Shown: positions 29,616 through 38,904 of the stretch, in pieces
Layout of the letters: each line of letters begins with the position of its first letter
Position numbering within the stretch: position 1 is the stretch's first letter
NCBI GenBank assembly: GCA_963664705.1
Contig: OY761556.1
Coordinates: 1,152,001 to 1,216,000, forward strand
Reading direction: 5' to 3'
Length of the DNA: 64,000 nucleotides
Origin: Acidobacteriota bacterium
GTDB taxonomy: Bacteria > Acidobacteriota > UBA6911
The notes under the pieces: model-generated
Seen by the model: only the letters and a program-made list of their open reading frames with translations
Databases searched by the model: none
Told to the model about the DNA's origin: nothing
Program-made: the position numbers and the translations under genes

Positions 29616-30809
29616 ATGAGCTCATCGTCAGGAGAGCCCATCTTGGATCATAAATATGATGCAATTGTGATCGGAGGAGGACCGGCCGGTTCGGCTGCGG
29701 CCCATGTGATATCGGGAAGCGGCATGAATGTGGCGGTGATCGACAAAGCCATATTTCCGCGCAATAAACTCTGCGGAGGCCTGCTGACACAGCGAAGTCA
29801 GGCGGTATTTAAGAGCGTCTTCGGGGAAGTCTGGGGGCCGACTATCGAGACTGTCGCCGACGGCATTGTTTTTTATCATCGGGATCGATTACTGAATCAG
29901 CTCGACTCCTATAAGCGTGTTTTTTTCACTTCCCGTCCCAACTACGATACCTATCTGCTGGAGCTTGCGGAAAAACGCGGAACCCGGTTATTCCAGGGGA
30001 ATGGGGTTTCATCGATTGACCTGGAGAGCCGCACGGTTTTTCTGTCCGGCGGTCGTTCGATCAAGGCGGATTTCATCATTGGAGCCGATGGCGTCAACAG
30101 CCGCACCTTGAGACTCATCGACCGGTCCACGGATCGGATCCGTACTCTGGCCTTAGGACTCGAATCCGAGTTGCCTCGCGATATGCTGAAGAGAAAGATC
30201 GAGGCTCCGGAAATCTATCTGGGGATTGCGCGGTGGGGCTATGGCTGGGTATTTCCCAAAAAGAACACCGTTACAGTCGGACTTGCGGGGCTTCAATACA
30301 CCAATAAATCACTGCGGCTGAAGTTCGAGCAGTTTCTCCAGCAGATCTGCGGTTTTTCCCCCGGAATTCCATATGAGGGACACCACATTCCCTTTGGGTA
30401 TTACCAGGATATGCCGGGTCGCGGTGCAACGCTGCTCGTGGGCGATGCAGCCGGACTGGTGGAGCCGATTACCGGAGAGGGCATCGCCTTTGCTATGCTG
30501 AGCGGGAAATATGCCGGCGAAGCGGTGATTCAGGCGGCCTCACAGGGAAATCCAGATTCAGCGCTGCACTTCTATCTTGATGGGTATCGCAGGATTACGT
30601 CGCTGCTGAAGCAGGCAAAATGGATGCGGTATCTGCTTTTCCCCGAAATCTCCCAGAAATTCCTGATCAAAGCGCTTCCGCACAGCCAGTCCATCATGAA
30701 GAGATATATGGACTTGATTGCGGGCGAAATTGACTACGTCGATTATCTGGCGCACCTTTTCAAAAGACTGGCTCGGAATCCGTTCTTCCTGATGAAACTC
30801 GCCAAGTGA
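29616..30809 (+). CDS. Geranylgeranyl reductase family flavoprotein
   Basis: GGGPAG, FPRNKLCGG, GADG, GYGWVFPK, GDAAGLVEPITGEGI. Confidence 0.9.
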   Translation: MSSSSGEPILDHKYDAIVIGGGPAGSAAAHVISGSGMNVAVIDKAIFPRNKLCGGLLTQRSQAVFKSVFGEVWGPTIETVADGIVFYHRDRLLNQLDSYKRVFFTSRPNYDTYLLELAEKRGTRLFQGNGVSSIDLESRTVFLSGGRSIKADFIIGADGVNSRTLRLIDRSTDRIRTLALGLESELPRDMLKRKIEAPEIYLGIARWGYGWVFPKKNTVTVGLAGLQYTNKSLRLKFEQFLQQICGFSPGIPYEGHHIPFGYYQDMPGRGATLLVGDAAGLVEPITGEGIAFAMLSGKYAGEAVIQAASQGNPDSALHFYLDGYRRITSLLKQAKWMRYLLFPEISQKFLIKALPHSQSIMKRYMDLIAGEIDYVDYLAHLFKRLARNPFFLMKLAK

Positions 30810-30958
30810 TCCCGGCGATTTACCGGGCAATTCCATTGGCTTTGGTTTTTCCCCTGCGTATTCCGCGCGCCGTGATTTCCCGAGATATTTCACTATAGAA
30901 TGGAGGGCATGCTTGCTATGTTGAGTGTGTGCCCGATATGGGGAGAAGAGAGCCGAAT

Positions 30959-31678
30959 ATGAAAAGACTGCTGCTGCTCAGTAACTCGACTATGGCCGGA
31001 CAGCCATATCTTGAATATCCCAAAGAGGACATCAAACAGTTTTTAGGAAATAAAAAAGTCACAGCCCTTTTCCTGCCCTTTGCGGCCGTTGCGTTTTCCT
31101 GGGATGAATACGAATCCAGAGTGAAGGAGCGCTTTCTGGAAATAGGGCACGATGTAATTTCCATTCATCGTTTTCCGGATGCGGCCCAAGCGGTGCGGGA
31201 CGCGGAAGCTATTGTGGTAGGCGGAGGGAATACGTGGAACCTGCTGTATCATGTCCACTCACTCGATTTGATTGAGCCGGTTCGGGAGAAAGTGCTGTTC
31301 GGAACGAAGTACATCGGATGGAGTGCGGGTGCGAATGTAGCCTGTCCGACCATCATGACTACGAACGATATGCCGATTGTGGATCCCAAAGGGTTTCATG
31401 CATTCAACCTGGTGCCGTTTCAGATCAACCCGCATTACCTGGATGCCAACCCGGAGGGGCATGGCGGAGAAACCCGGGAAGAACGCATCCTCGAGTTCAC
31501 AGCCGTGAATCGCGATGTTTATGTGGCCGGATTGCGCGAAGGGTGCATGTTTTATGTCAATGGTTCGGAAATGCGCATAAAAGGAATACGCACACTTCGC
31601 CTGTTCAAATACGGAGCAGAACCGCGTGAAATGCGAACGGATGACGATTTGAGTTTCATGCTGCGGACTTCCGCGTAA
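30959..31678 (+). CDS. pepE: Dipeptidase E (peptidase S51)
   Basis: LLLLSNST, VGGGNT, GWSAG, TTNDMP, QINPHY, HGGETRE. Confidence 0.95.
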   Translation: MKRLLLLSNSTMAGQPYLEYPKEDIKQFLGNKKVTALFLPFAAVAFSWDEYESRVKERFLEIGHDVISIHRFPDAAQAVRDAEAIVVGGGNTWNLLYHVHSLDLIEPVREKVLFGTKYIGWSAGANVACPTIMTTNDMPIVDPKGFHAFNLVPFQINPHYLDANPEGHGGETREERILEFTAVNRDVYVAGLREGCMFYVNGSEMRIKGIRTLRLFKYGAEPREMRTDDDLSFMLRTSA

Positions 31679-31706
31679 AAGCAGCGGCAAGCCTGTTGCT
31701 GGTACA

Positions 31707-32495
31707 ATGGGAAATGCGATGGATCCGACTCAGCGATTTTCGACCCGTGTCGACAACTATATAAAATATCGGCCGCACTATCCCCGCGAGGTGATCGACA
31801 CTCTTGTTTTGAAATGTGGGCTGACTTCCGCTTGTCTGATCGCCGATATCGGATCCGGATCCGGTGCTCTGACGGAAGCGTTTCTCCGGCATGGCAACCG
31901 GGTATTCGCAGTGGAACCCAACCGGGAAATGAGAAAGGGGGCCGAGCGGCTCCTGGGGCATTATTCCGGATTTTGCAGCATTGAAGGGCGGGCGGAATCG
32001 ACCTCGCTGCCGGAGAAGAGCGTCGATTTTTTGGTGTCCGGACAAGCCTTTCATTGGTTTGATGTAGCACGGGCGCGCTGCGAGTTTCTACGCATCCTGA
32101 GGCCTTCCGGCTGGGCAATGATTGTATGGAATGAGCGCGAATATGAGACTACGCCCTTCTTGATTGCCTATGATCGGCTTTTACAGCAATATGCGATCGA
32201 CTATGCAAGAGCGAAACACAAAAGCGTATACGAGCATTCGCTGGGTGACTTTTTCGGGCCATCCGGGTATTCGGAAATAGCGTTCAGGTATCAGCAGAAT
32301 ATGGATTTTGAGGGAGTTAAAGGACGAATGCTGTCATCCTCGTATACGCCCGAATTGGGGCATCCGAATCACGACCCCCTGATGGCCGGCCTGCTGGAGG
32401 CCTTTCAGGCCAATGCAGCCAATGGCATAGTGACGATGGATTACATTACAAGGATGTATTACGGCCGGTTGATTGACGGAGGACAACACGAGTAA
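31707..32495 (+). CDS. Class I SAM-dependent methyltransferase
   Basis: YRPHYP, ADIGSGSG, AVEPN, QAFHWFD. Confidence 0.9.
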   Translation: MGNAMDPTQRFSTRVDNYIKYRPHYPREVIDTLVLKCGLTSACLIADIGSGSGALTEAFLRHGNRVFAVEPNREMRKGAERLLGHYSGFCSIEGRAESTSLPEKSVDFLVSGQAFHWFDVARARCEFLRILRPSGWAMIVWNEREYETTPFLIAYDRLLQQYAIDYARAKHKSVYEHSLGDFFGPSGYSEIAFRYQQNMDFEGVKGRMLSSSYTPELGHPNHDPLMAGLLEAFQANAANGIVTMDYITRMYYGRLIDGGQHE

Positions 32496-32498
32496 CCT

Positions 32499-32771
32499 AT
32501 GCGACGCGAACCGGAATTCTTTGGCGAAACGGAATTGGCTTTGATTTATATGGCCCGGAGACTGAAGCATGCCCTGGCCATAGAAAAGCTGCTGAATGAG
32601 CACGGCATCGACTACCACCTCGAGACTGGGCACTACCTTAGCGGGCTGCTGTTCCGCACCACAAAAGTCGGAGTCTATTTTTATGCAACTCCGGAGGATG
32701 CAGGCCGTACAACCGCACTGCTGAAAGAAAACGGCTATAAGTTGCCGGCCGATGGAAAATTGCTTCCATAA
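32499..32771 (+). CDS. Small hypothetical protein (DUF2007-like)
   Basis: Tightly coupled to the upstream gene; LLNEHGIDY pattern. Confidence 0.65.
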   Translation: MRREPEFFGETELALIYMARRLKHALAIEKLLNEHGIDYHLETGHYLSGLLFRTTKVGVYFYATPEDAGRTTALLKENGYKLPADGKLLP

Positions 32772-32981
32772 CCCCTATCGGGATGCGGGAAGCGGAACAA
32801 AACCTGATTTTGCTTGCTCCCGGGCACTTCCCGTATCAAAATCGCCTCTCACTCTTGCGCCGGCTGAACCGCACATTACTTCCACAGCCGGCAGGCGTAA
32901 GCTTTAGATCAAAACTCATCCGATCCATGGATCGCATCAGATGTTTTGTCCTGGGCGGAGTTATCCCAAGGAGGATTCACG

Positions 32982-34058
32982 GTGTATAAGATTGCAGTCA
33001 TGCCTGGTGATGGGACGGGACCAGAGGTAACCGCCGAGGCCGTCAAAGTCCTCAAAGTCGCAGCTGATAAATTCAAGTTCAAAGCGGAGCTGACCGAATT
33101 CGATTTTGGTGGCGAGCGGTACAAGAGAACCGGGGAATTGCTGCCGGACAGCGGAATCGAGGAACTGCGCAAGTTCGATGCCATTTTGCTGGGTGCCATC
33201 GGGCATCCGGACGTAACTCCGGGAATCCTGGAAAAAGGAATCCTGCTCAGAGCTCGCTTCGCACTGGATCAGTACATCAATCTCCGGCCGGTCAAGCTCT
33301 TTCCCGGTGTTGAGACGCCGATCAAGGATAAAGGCCCCGAGCACATCGACTTTGTCGTCGTCCGCGAAAACTCCGGCGATATATATACCGGAACCGGCGG
33401 AGTCACGATGAAGGGAACTCCCCAGGAAGTGGCGGTCCAATCCTCCGTCTACACACGCTTCCAGGTGGATCGGTGCCTGCGCTATGCATTTGAATACACG
33501 CGCAAGCATGGGAAGAAAGCGCGCGGCAAAGGTGATAAGAACACTCTCGCTCTCTGCGGCAAGACGAACGTGTTGACTTATGTCTATGATCTTTGGGAAA
33601 GAGCTTTCCATGAGATGGGGCAGAAGGATTACCCGGACATCAACCGGGAATACTATCACGTCGATGCCACCACCATGTGGTTCGTTAAGAATCCGGAGTG
33701 GTTCGATGTGATTGTGACCGGGAATATGTTCGGAGACATCATCACGGATCTGGGGGCCATGATCCAGGGTGGCATGGGAATTGCCGCCGGTGGGAATCTG
33801 AATCCCGAAGGCGTCAGCATGTTTGAGCCTATTGGCGGAAGCGCTCCCAAGTATACGGGCATGGGCATTATTAATCCGCTCGCTGCGATTTGTGCGATGC
33901 AGATGATGCTGGCAGAGCTTGGCGAGCAAAAGGCTGCCGACGCGGTGGAGCAGGCGGTCATGTATATCACGGCCAACAAACTCAAATCGCTTGCGGCCGG
34001 GAAAATGGGTTATTCGACGGCACAGGTCGGAGACCTGGTCTGCGAGCGATTGGTCTAA
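32982..34058 (+). CDS. leuB: 3-isopropylmalate dehydrogenase
   Basis: MPGDGTGPEV, YINLRP, VVREN, KTNV, NMFGDIITDL, MFEPIGGSAP; GTG after AAGGAGG. Confidence 0.9.
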   Translation: MYKIAVMPGDGTGPEVTAEAVKVLKVAADKFKFKAELTEFDFGGERYKRTGELLPDSGIEELRKFDAILLGAIGHPDVTPGILEKGILLRARFALDQYINLRPVKLFPGVETPIKDKGPEHIDFVVVRENSGDIYTGTGGVTMKGTPQEVAVQSSVYTRFQVDRCLRYAFEYTRKHGKKARGKGDKNTLALCGKTNVLTYVYDLWERAFHEMGQKDYPDINREYYHVDATTMWFVKNPEWFDVIVTGNMFGDIITDLGAMIQGGMGIAAGGNLNPEGVSMFEPIGGSAPKYTGMGIINPLAAICAMQMMLAELGEQKAADAVEQAVMYITANKLKSLAAGKMGYSTAQVGDLVCERLV

Positions 34059-34067
34059 CCTTCGAAG

Positions 34068-34105
34068 CTGGAGGCGCCGGCGGTACATCAGGCCGGCGCC
34101 TCCAG
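34068..34105. terminator. GC-rich hairpin between convergent genes
   Basis: Perfect 14-bp stem ctggaggcgccggc/gccggcgcctccag. Confidence 0.7.
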
Positions 34106-34113
34106 TAAGCATG

Positions 34114-35292
34114 CTATTTGCCAGCGGCTGCCATTATTTCCGCGCCGATAGCGTCTGCCTCCAGGAGCGCGGAGTAGAGCTTTTCAGGTGTCACTTCGAA
34201 AGGCTCGTTGTGCGCAAACGGCTCTTTCACCGCCGCGCGCATCGCGTCCATTAAAATAACGGAGTCTCTGTCGCGTTGCATCTGCAGTTGACGCAGCGAT
34301 ACCGGTAGTCCCACTTCCGTCAGGAAGCGCGCAATACGCCTGGCTTCCAGGCTCTCGCCCTCAAGGACCAAATGCGCTATGAGTCCGATGGCGACGAGTT
34401 CGCCATGAAGATAATCCCGATGCAATAGAGGAATGACGGTCATGCCCGCCGCCATCGCATGGGCTGCGGCCAGTCCTCCGCTTTCAAACCCAACTCCGCT
34501 TAGCAGCGTGTTGGCTTCGATGACACGCTCCAGAGCTGCATTAACCTCATGGCGTTGTACGGCTTCCATGGCCGCACGCGCCTCTTCTATTACAGTCTTG
34601 GCGCACAATTCGGCTATGGCGAGGGCGGCCAGGGTGATCCGCGCACCCAGCATATTTCTACCTGCCGGATTCCGGTAGCAGGTGCGCGCTTCGTAAAAAG
34701 TGGCAATCGCATCTCCAATGCCCGCAACCAGGTGCCGCACCGGAGAATCGGCTATGATGCCGGAATCAACGAGGACCAGCGCCGGATTGCTCGGGAAAAA
34801 TTCCGGCCCCATGCCGGCTCCATCGTTGGTATACATCACGGAGGTTGCTGAGCAGGGAGCATCGGTGGATGCGATGGTCGGACAGATGACTACCGGAACG
34901 GAAAGACGGGAAGCAACACACTTTCCCGCATCCGCGCATTTCCCGCCGCCCACCGCAATGACAGAGTCAATGGGCTTTCCCGATCCGCGGATAACATGGG
35001 CAAGACGATTCACTTCTTCGTGAGAGCACTCTCCTCCGAAAATTTCGAAGATGGGATCGATTCCAACGTCGCACAGGCTTTTCAAAATCCTGCTTCCCAG
35101 CCGATTCCATCCTCCACGGGTTATCAGGACTGCCGGCTGGCGGCTCGACAATATGGATAAATATTGCCCCACACGGTCGATGACCCGGTTGCCCTGGATA
35201 TACCAGTGCGGAGAAGTGAAGGCGCGCGGCGTTTCATTTCCGACGATGCTTTCTGCAGAGAACAGGGAGTGGGGCGAAAATGGAATCGGCAT
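34114..35292 (-). CDS. gldA: Glycerol dehydrogenase (GldA family)
   Basis: SPHWYIQG, FGGECS, GGGK..D, PTIASTDAPCS, GDAIAT, EANTLLSGVGFESGGLAAAHA, HGE. Confidence 0.85.
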   Translation of the reverse strand: MPIPFSPHSLFSAESIVGNETPRAFTSPHWYIQGNRVIDRVGQYLSILSSRQPAVLITRGGWNRLGSRILKSLCDVGIDPIFEIFGGECSHEEVNRLAHVIRGSGKPIDSVIAVGGGKCADAGKCVASRLSVPVVICPTIASTDAPCSATSVMYTNDGAGMGPEFFPSNPALVLVDSGIIADSPVRHLVAGIGDAIATFYEARTCYRNPAGRNMLGARITLAALAIAELCAKTVIEEARAAMEAVQRHEVNAALERVIEANTLLSGVGFESGGLAAAHAMAAGMTVIPLLHRDYLHGELVAIGLIAHLVLEGESLEARRIARFLTEVGLPVSLRQLQMQRDRDSVILMDAMRAAVKEPFAHNEPFEVTPEKLYSALLEADAIGAEIMAAAGK

Positions 35293-35384
35293 GACTGTCT
35301 CCGTCAAGGAGCTTTCATCATACAACCGCGTTGCTGCAAAGGCCTGCAGTTTTTATCCTCTTTAGGTCGCCGTGAAATTTCCTA

Positions 35385-35421
35385 TTGACATAATTTAATA
35401 ATAGTACTAATAAATAGTACT
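35385..35421 (+). promoter_or_regulatory. Sigma70 promoter overlapped by a palindromic BlaI-type operator; probably a leaderless mRNA
   Basis: TTGACA-17nt-TAATAA ending 8 nt before the ATG; TAGTACTA-ataaa-TAGTACTA double palindrome; no SD. Confidence 0.7.
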
Positions 35422-35796
35422 ATGAGACCGAAAACAAATACCTTGTCGGCGCAGCAATTGGACATCATGAAGGTCGTGTGGGAGCTTGGAGAAGCGACGG
35501 TGCGTGACGTATACGAAGCACTGCGTGCCCGACGTTCCATAGCCTATACAACTGTCATGACCACGATGAAAATAATGGAAACCAAAGGCCACCTGAAAAA
35601 GCGAGTGGATGGGCGGGCGTTTGTCTATCGTGCGGTGGAGCCCAGGGGGCAAGCGTTAAAACGGATTGTCGGCGATTTCCTGGATCGGGTGTTTAACGGT
35701 TCAGCCGAACCGCTTCTCGCGCATCTGGTGGAAGAGCGGCGGCTGTCGCAAAAAGATCTGGATCAGATTGCCAAGATGATTCGGGAAAAGAAGTAA
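35422..35796 (+). CDS. BlaI/MecI/CopY family repressor
   Basis: IMKVVW, ATVRDV, AYTTVMT, KGHL, GRAFVY, LDRVFNGS. Confidence 0.95.
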   Translation: MRPKTNTLSAQQLDIMKVVWELGEATVRDVYEALRARRSIAYTTVMTTMKIMETKGHLKKRVDGRAFVYRAVEPRGQALKRIVGDFLDRVFNGSAEPLLAHLVEERRLSQKDLDQIAKMIREKK

Positions 35797-35831
35797 CTCC
35801 ATTAACGAGTTCCATCTAGCAAGGAGGACGC

Positions 35832-37799
35832 GTGTCACTTCCTGTCTGGATTGATAATCTGGTTGCCTACAGCCTTCAAATCGCAACTCTGGTCGCGGTG
35901 GGGACTCTGCTGGCTTACCTCTTCCGCATGCGTGTACCGCGCATTACGTTGGGCTACTGGCAGGTTCTTCTATTGATGTGTGTTTTTATTTTTGCCTTCC
36001 AGGGATGGCGACATCCTGTCTACAGTCTGCCGGTCGCGCAGGTGGCGGTTTCCAGCGTGGTTGCTACGATGGAAGCGGATATTCCTCCCCCTCCGGCATC
36101 GTTCATTCCCAGTTCTGAACTGATTGGCTGGGTATTGGTTGTCGGGATGCTTGGCCGTCTCCTCTGGTTGTGTATTGGGCTGCTGCGACTGCAGTCCTTC
36201 AGACGCAATGCTCAAGTCCTGCACGGAGAAGGCTCCTTGGTTAGGGATATGCAATCCCTGACGAAGACGCGATCCCTGGTATTGGTTTCCGATGCAACCG
36301 ATACGCCCGTGACGTTCGGCGCGCAAGCCCCGGTCATTATCCTGCCCTCCAGATTCGGTGAAATGATAGAAGCCCATAAGCGGGCGGTTCTATGCCACGA
36401 GTTGTTGCATATCCGCAGGCGGGACTGGCTGTTTATTCTGGGTGAGGAGACAGTGCGCGCGGTTTTCTGGTTCCATCCTGCCATCTGGTGGGTACTAAGC
36501 CGAATCCGGTTGAGCCGGGAGCAAGCGGTTGATCATGAGGTTGTGTGCCTGTGCGGCAACCGGCAGCCATATCTGGATTCACTATTGGAATTTGCACGGA
36601 ATCAGCGGCGGTCGCAAGCTATTCCTGCCCCTCTTTTTCTCAAAGAAAATCATCTTGTTCAACGAGTTGCACTTTTGCTGAAGGAGGCATCTATGAGTCG
36701 ATCGCGATTATTCTGCAGTTTGTCGGCAATGCTCGTTTTGTTGATAGGAACTGTGAAGCTTGCGGCGGGTTGGTTTCCTTTGACGGGAGAGCCGATTATC
36801 CAGGAACATGTATCTGGTTTTTCGGGGAATGTTGTCCCTCAGCGCATTTTGGCTGCGAAAACTGATGCGAAAGTCCTGCCGCCAGCCGTTCGGCTGTTGC
36901 CTGTCGCAAAATCACAGCCGGTTATGACGGCTGAAAACGTCACTCCCGCCCTGCCTGTGGAAACCGCGGCTCCAGTGCAGCAATCCCCTATTCCCATTGG
37001 ACGCGAGCCGATCCGCGTTGGCGGCGGCATTCAGGAAAGCAAACTGATTTATAGGGTGGATCCTGTTTACCCTGAGTTGGCCAAGCGTGCCCGTATTACG
37101 GGGAGAGTCGTCATGGCTGTAACCGTCAATGAGGATGGATTGGTGACGGATGTCAGGGTCACCAACGGTCACCCTCTCCTGGCTGAGGCTGCAATTTCTG
37201 CTGTCAGGCAATGGCGTTACAGCCCCACGCTGCTGAATGGAGCCCCTGTTCCGGTAATGACTACGGTCACCTGTGTTTTCAACATCAGAGGCGATAACGA
37301 TGTTGTGCTGCAGATGGATGAATATGGCAGCCTTACGGCGCTGCCGCCGGGGGATATGAATGCTCTCATGCAGAAGATGGCGCTGGGCGGTACAGCCGTG
37401 GTCAACATATTATCCTCAACTCCTATCCGGGTTGCAGAGCGGGCTGTTCAGGATTTGATTCAAAAGGGAGTTCAGAAACTGGAAATGGGAGGAGCCTATG
37501 CCTTTTATAATGGGAGGCTGTTTTATACAGGAGCTCCGGCCAGACCTCCGCAGATCCTGCCGAACACGGAAGTATTGCAGGCGTTGCTGAACAGTTCCCC
37601 GAAGGATTCGCGCGGGCTAAGCATGATTCAATATAATCTGTATATCAACGAAGTCGGCGAGATCCTGGGGATTCAGCGGATCGCCGGTCCGGATAATCCT
37701 GCTATCGAGCATGAACTGATGCGAACCCGGGTGCTCTCTCCGGCGTTTCTGGGCGCCGATCCGGTTCCGTTTGTCTATGCTCTCAACATGACAATGTAG
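35832..37799 (+). CDS. BlaR1/M56 metallopeptidase fused to a TonB C-terminal domain
   Basis: HELLHIRRRD, FWFHPAIW, REQAVD; PVYPELAKRARITG...AVRQWRYSP. Confidence 0.9.
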   Translation: MSLPVWIDNLVAYSLQIATLVAVGTLLAYLFRMRVPRITLGYWQVLLLMCVFIFAFQGWRHPVYSLPVAQVAVSSVVATMEADIPPPPASFIPSSELIGWVLVVGMLGRLLWLCIGLLRLQSFRRNAQVLHGEGSLVRDMQSLTKTRSLVLVSDATDTPVTFGAQAPVIILPSRFGEMIEAHKRAVLCHELLHIRRRDWLFILGEETVRAVFWFHPAIWWVLSRIRLSREQAVDHEVVCLCGNRQPYLDSLLEFARNQRRSQAIPAPLFLKENHLVQRVALLLKEASMSRSRLFCSLSAMLVLLIGTVKLAAGWFPLTGEPIIQEHVSGFSGNVVPQRILAAKTDAKVLPPAVRLLPVAKSQPVMTAENVTPALPVETAAPVQQSPIPIGREPIRVGGGIQESKLIYRVDPVYPELAKRARITGRVVMAVTVNEDGLVTDVRVTNGHPLLAEAAISAVRQWRYSPTLLNGAPVPVMTTVTCVFNIRGDNDVVLQMDEYGSLTALPPGDMNALMQKMALGGTAVVNILSSTPIRVAERAVQDLIQKGVQKLEMGGAYAFYNGRLFYTGAPARPPQILPNTEVLQALLNSSPKDSRGLSMIQYNLYINEVGEILGIQRIAGPDNPAIEHELMRTRVLSPAFLGADPVPFVYALNMTM

Positions 37800-37809
37800 C
37801 CCTGCATTT

Positions 37810-37850
37810 GTCAGCGGAGTGCGGCATCATTGAGGCCGCACTCCACTGAC
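37810..37850. terminator. Hairpin between convergent genes
   Basis: gtcagcggagtgcggc/gccgcactccactgac, 16-bp stem with one mismatch (G-U on minus). Confidence 0.65.
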
Positions 37851-37857
37851 TGGCGCA

Positions 37858-38757
37858 TTAACCAATTTTGTTCGCTTCTTCACGAGCCTTCTTCAATCCG
37901 TCTCTGCGCATTTTTTCAAAAGCCAGCCTTCCTGCCGGAGCCTCTTCGTTGGGCAGTGAATCCAGGGCCTCGTCAAAAATTTCTTTCAGTTCCTCCTTGA
38001 ACTCCGGGTGACTGAAAATATACAGGCTGTTTTTTCGGATCCCTGCCAGCACCCGGTCTCCGACCTCTTCGGGCGCCATCCCCTGTTTATGAATTTGCGG
38101 CAGGACGTCCATTGTTTTTTGGCTTTTCGCGGTATTTTCGGCGGAAGCGAACCGTGAAGGTCGCACCTTTTCACTTTCGTAGATTACGCTGTTGATCAGC
38201 CCAGGGCAGAAGACCGATACGCCGATATTGTATGGATAGAGGCTGAATCGCAGGGCTTCACTGAGCCCGCGCACGGCGAATTTGGATGCCGTGTAAATGC
38301 CGGCCGCGGCGCTGGGCAGAAAAGCGGCCATGGATGCGGTATTGACGATATGCCCTCCTTCGCCGTGTTTCCGCAGGCGCGGTATAAAGGTCTGGATGCC
38401 GTTGACCACTCCGCCAAAATTCACTCCCATGACCCAGTCCCAGTCGTTATACGTGCAGTCCTCGATCGGAACAAACAGGTTGATGCCGGCGTTATTGCAG
38501 ACCACGTGAACAGAGCCGAATACTCTTTCGGCTTCATCGGCGGCTCGCGCGAAAGCCTCCCGGTCGGCGACATCAAGCTGAATGGCGTGAATGGACGGAT
38601 TATTTTTAAAATAGACCATTGCCTGATCGAGGCTGTCTCTGCGGATATCGGCGATGACCACCTTCATCCCGTTTTTTAAAAACGCCTGGGCCATCCCCAA
38701 ACCGGCTCCATTGGCGCCTCCGGTGATGAACGCCACTTTTCCTTCAACGTTTTTCAT
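37858..38757 (-). CDS. Short-chain dehydrogenase/reductase
   Basis: TGGANGAG, NNAGI, NTAS, YTASK. Confidence 0.93.
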   Translation of the reverse strand: MKNVEGKVAFITGGANGAGLGMAQAFLKNGMKVVIADIRRDSLDQAMVYFKNNPSIHAIQLDVADREAFARAADEAERVFGSVHVVCNNAGINLFVPIEDCTYNDWDWVMGVNFGGVVNGIQTFIPRLRKHGEGGHIVNTASMAAFLPSAAAGIYTASKFAVRGLSEALRFSLYPYNIGVSVFCPGLINSVIYESEKVRPSRFASAENTAKSQKTMDVLPQIHKQGMAPEEVGDRVLAGIRKNSLYIFSHPEFKEELKEIFDEALDSLPNEEAPAGRLAFEKMRRDGLKKAREEANKIG

Positions 38758-38904
38758 AGGCTGTCTCCTCTGCCTGGATGCTGTTTCTTATTTCATCATA
38801 GCAACCTCGGCCACAAGTCTCTAAGTATTCTTTGAGTCTTCGGGGCTTCGAGGTTATAGTCTTGGGATCCAAACTCATATCCGACGAGGAGGATACGCGC
38901 TCGC

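Noticed and set aside
31685-31700. Sigma54-like CGGCAAGCCTGTTGCT
   Set aside because: Imperfect -24 element inside a tight operon gap; the TSS would fall at or after the first ATG
28499-34112. Long antisense ORFs (28499-29461 and 32961-34112; similarly 14244-15185 and 45956-46921)
   Set aside because: Shadow frames of well-conserved genes with no recognisable motifs
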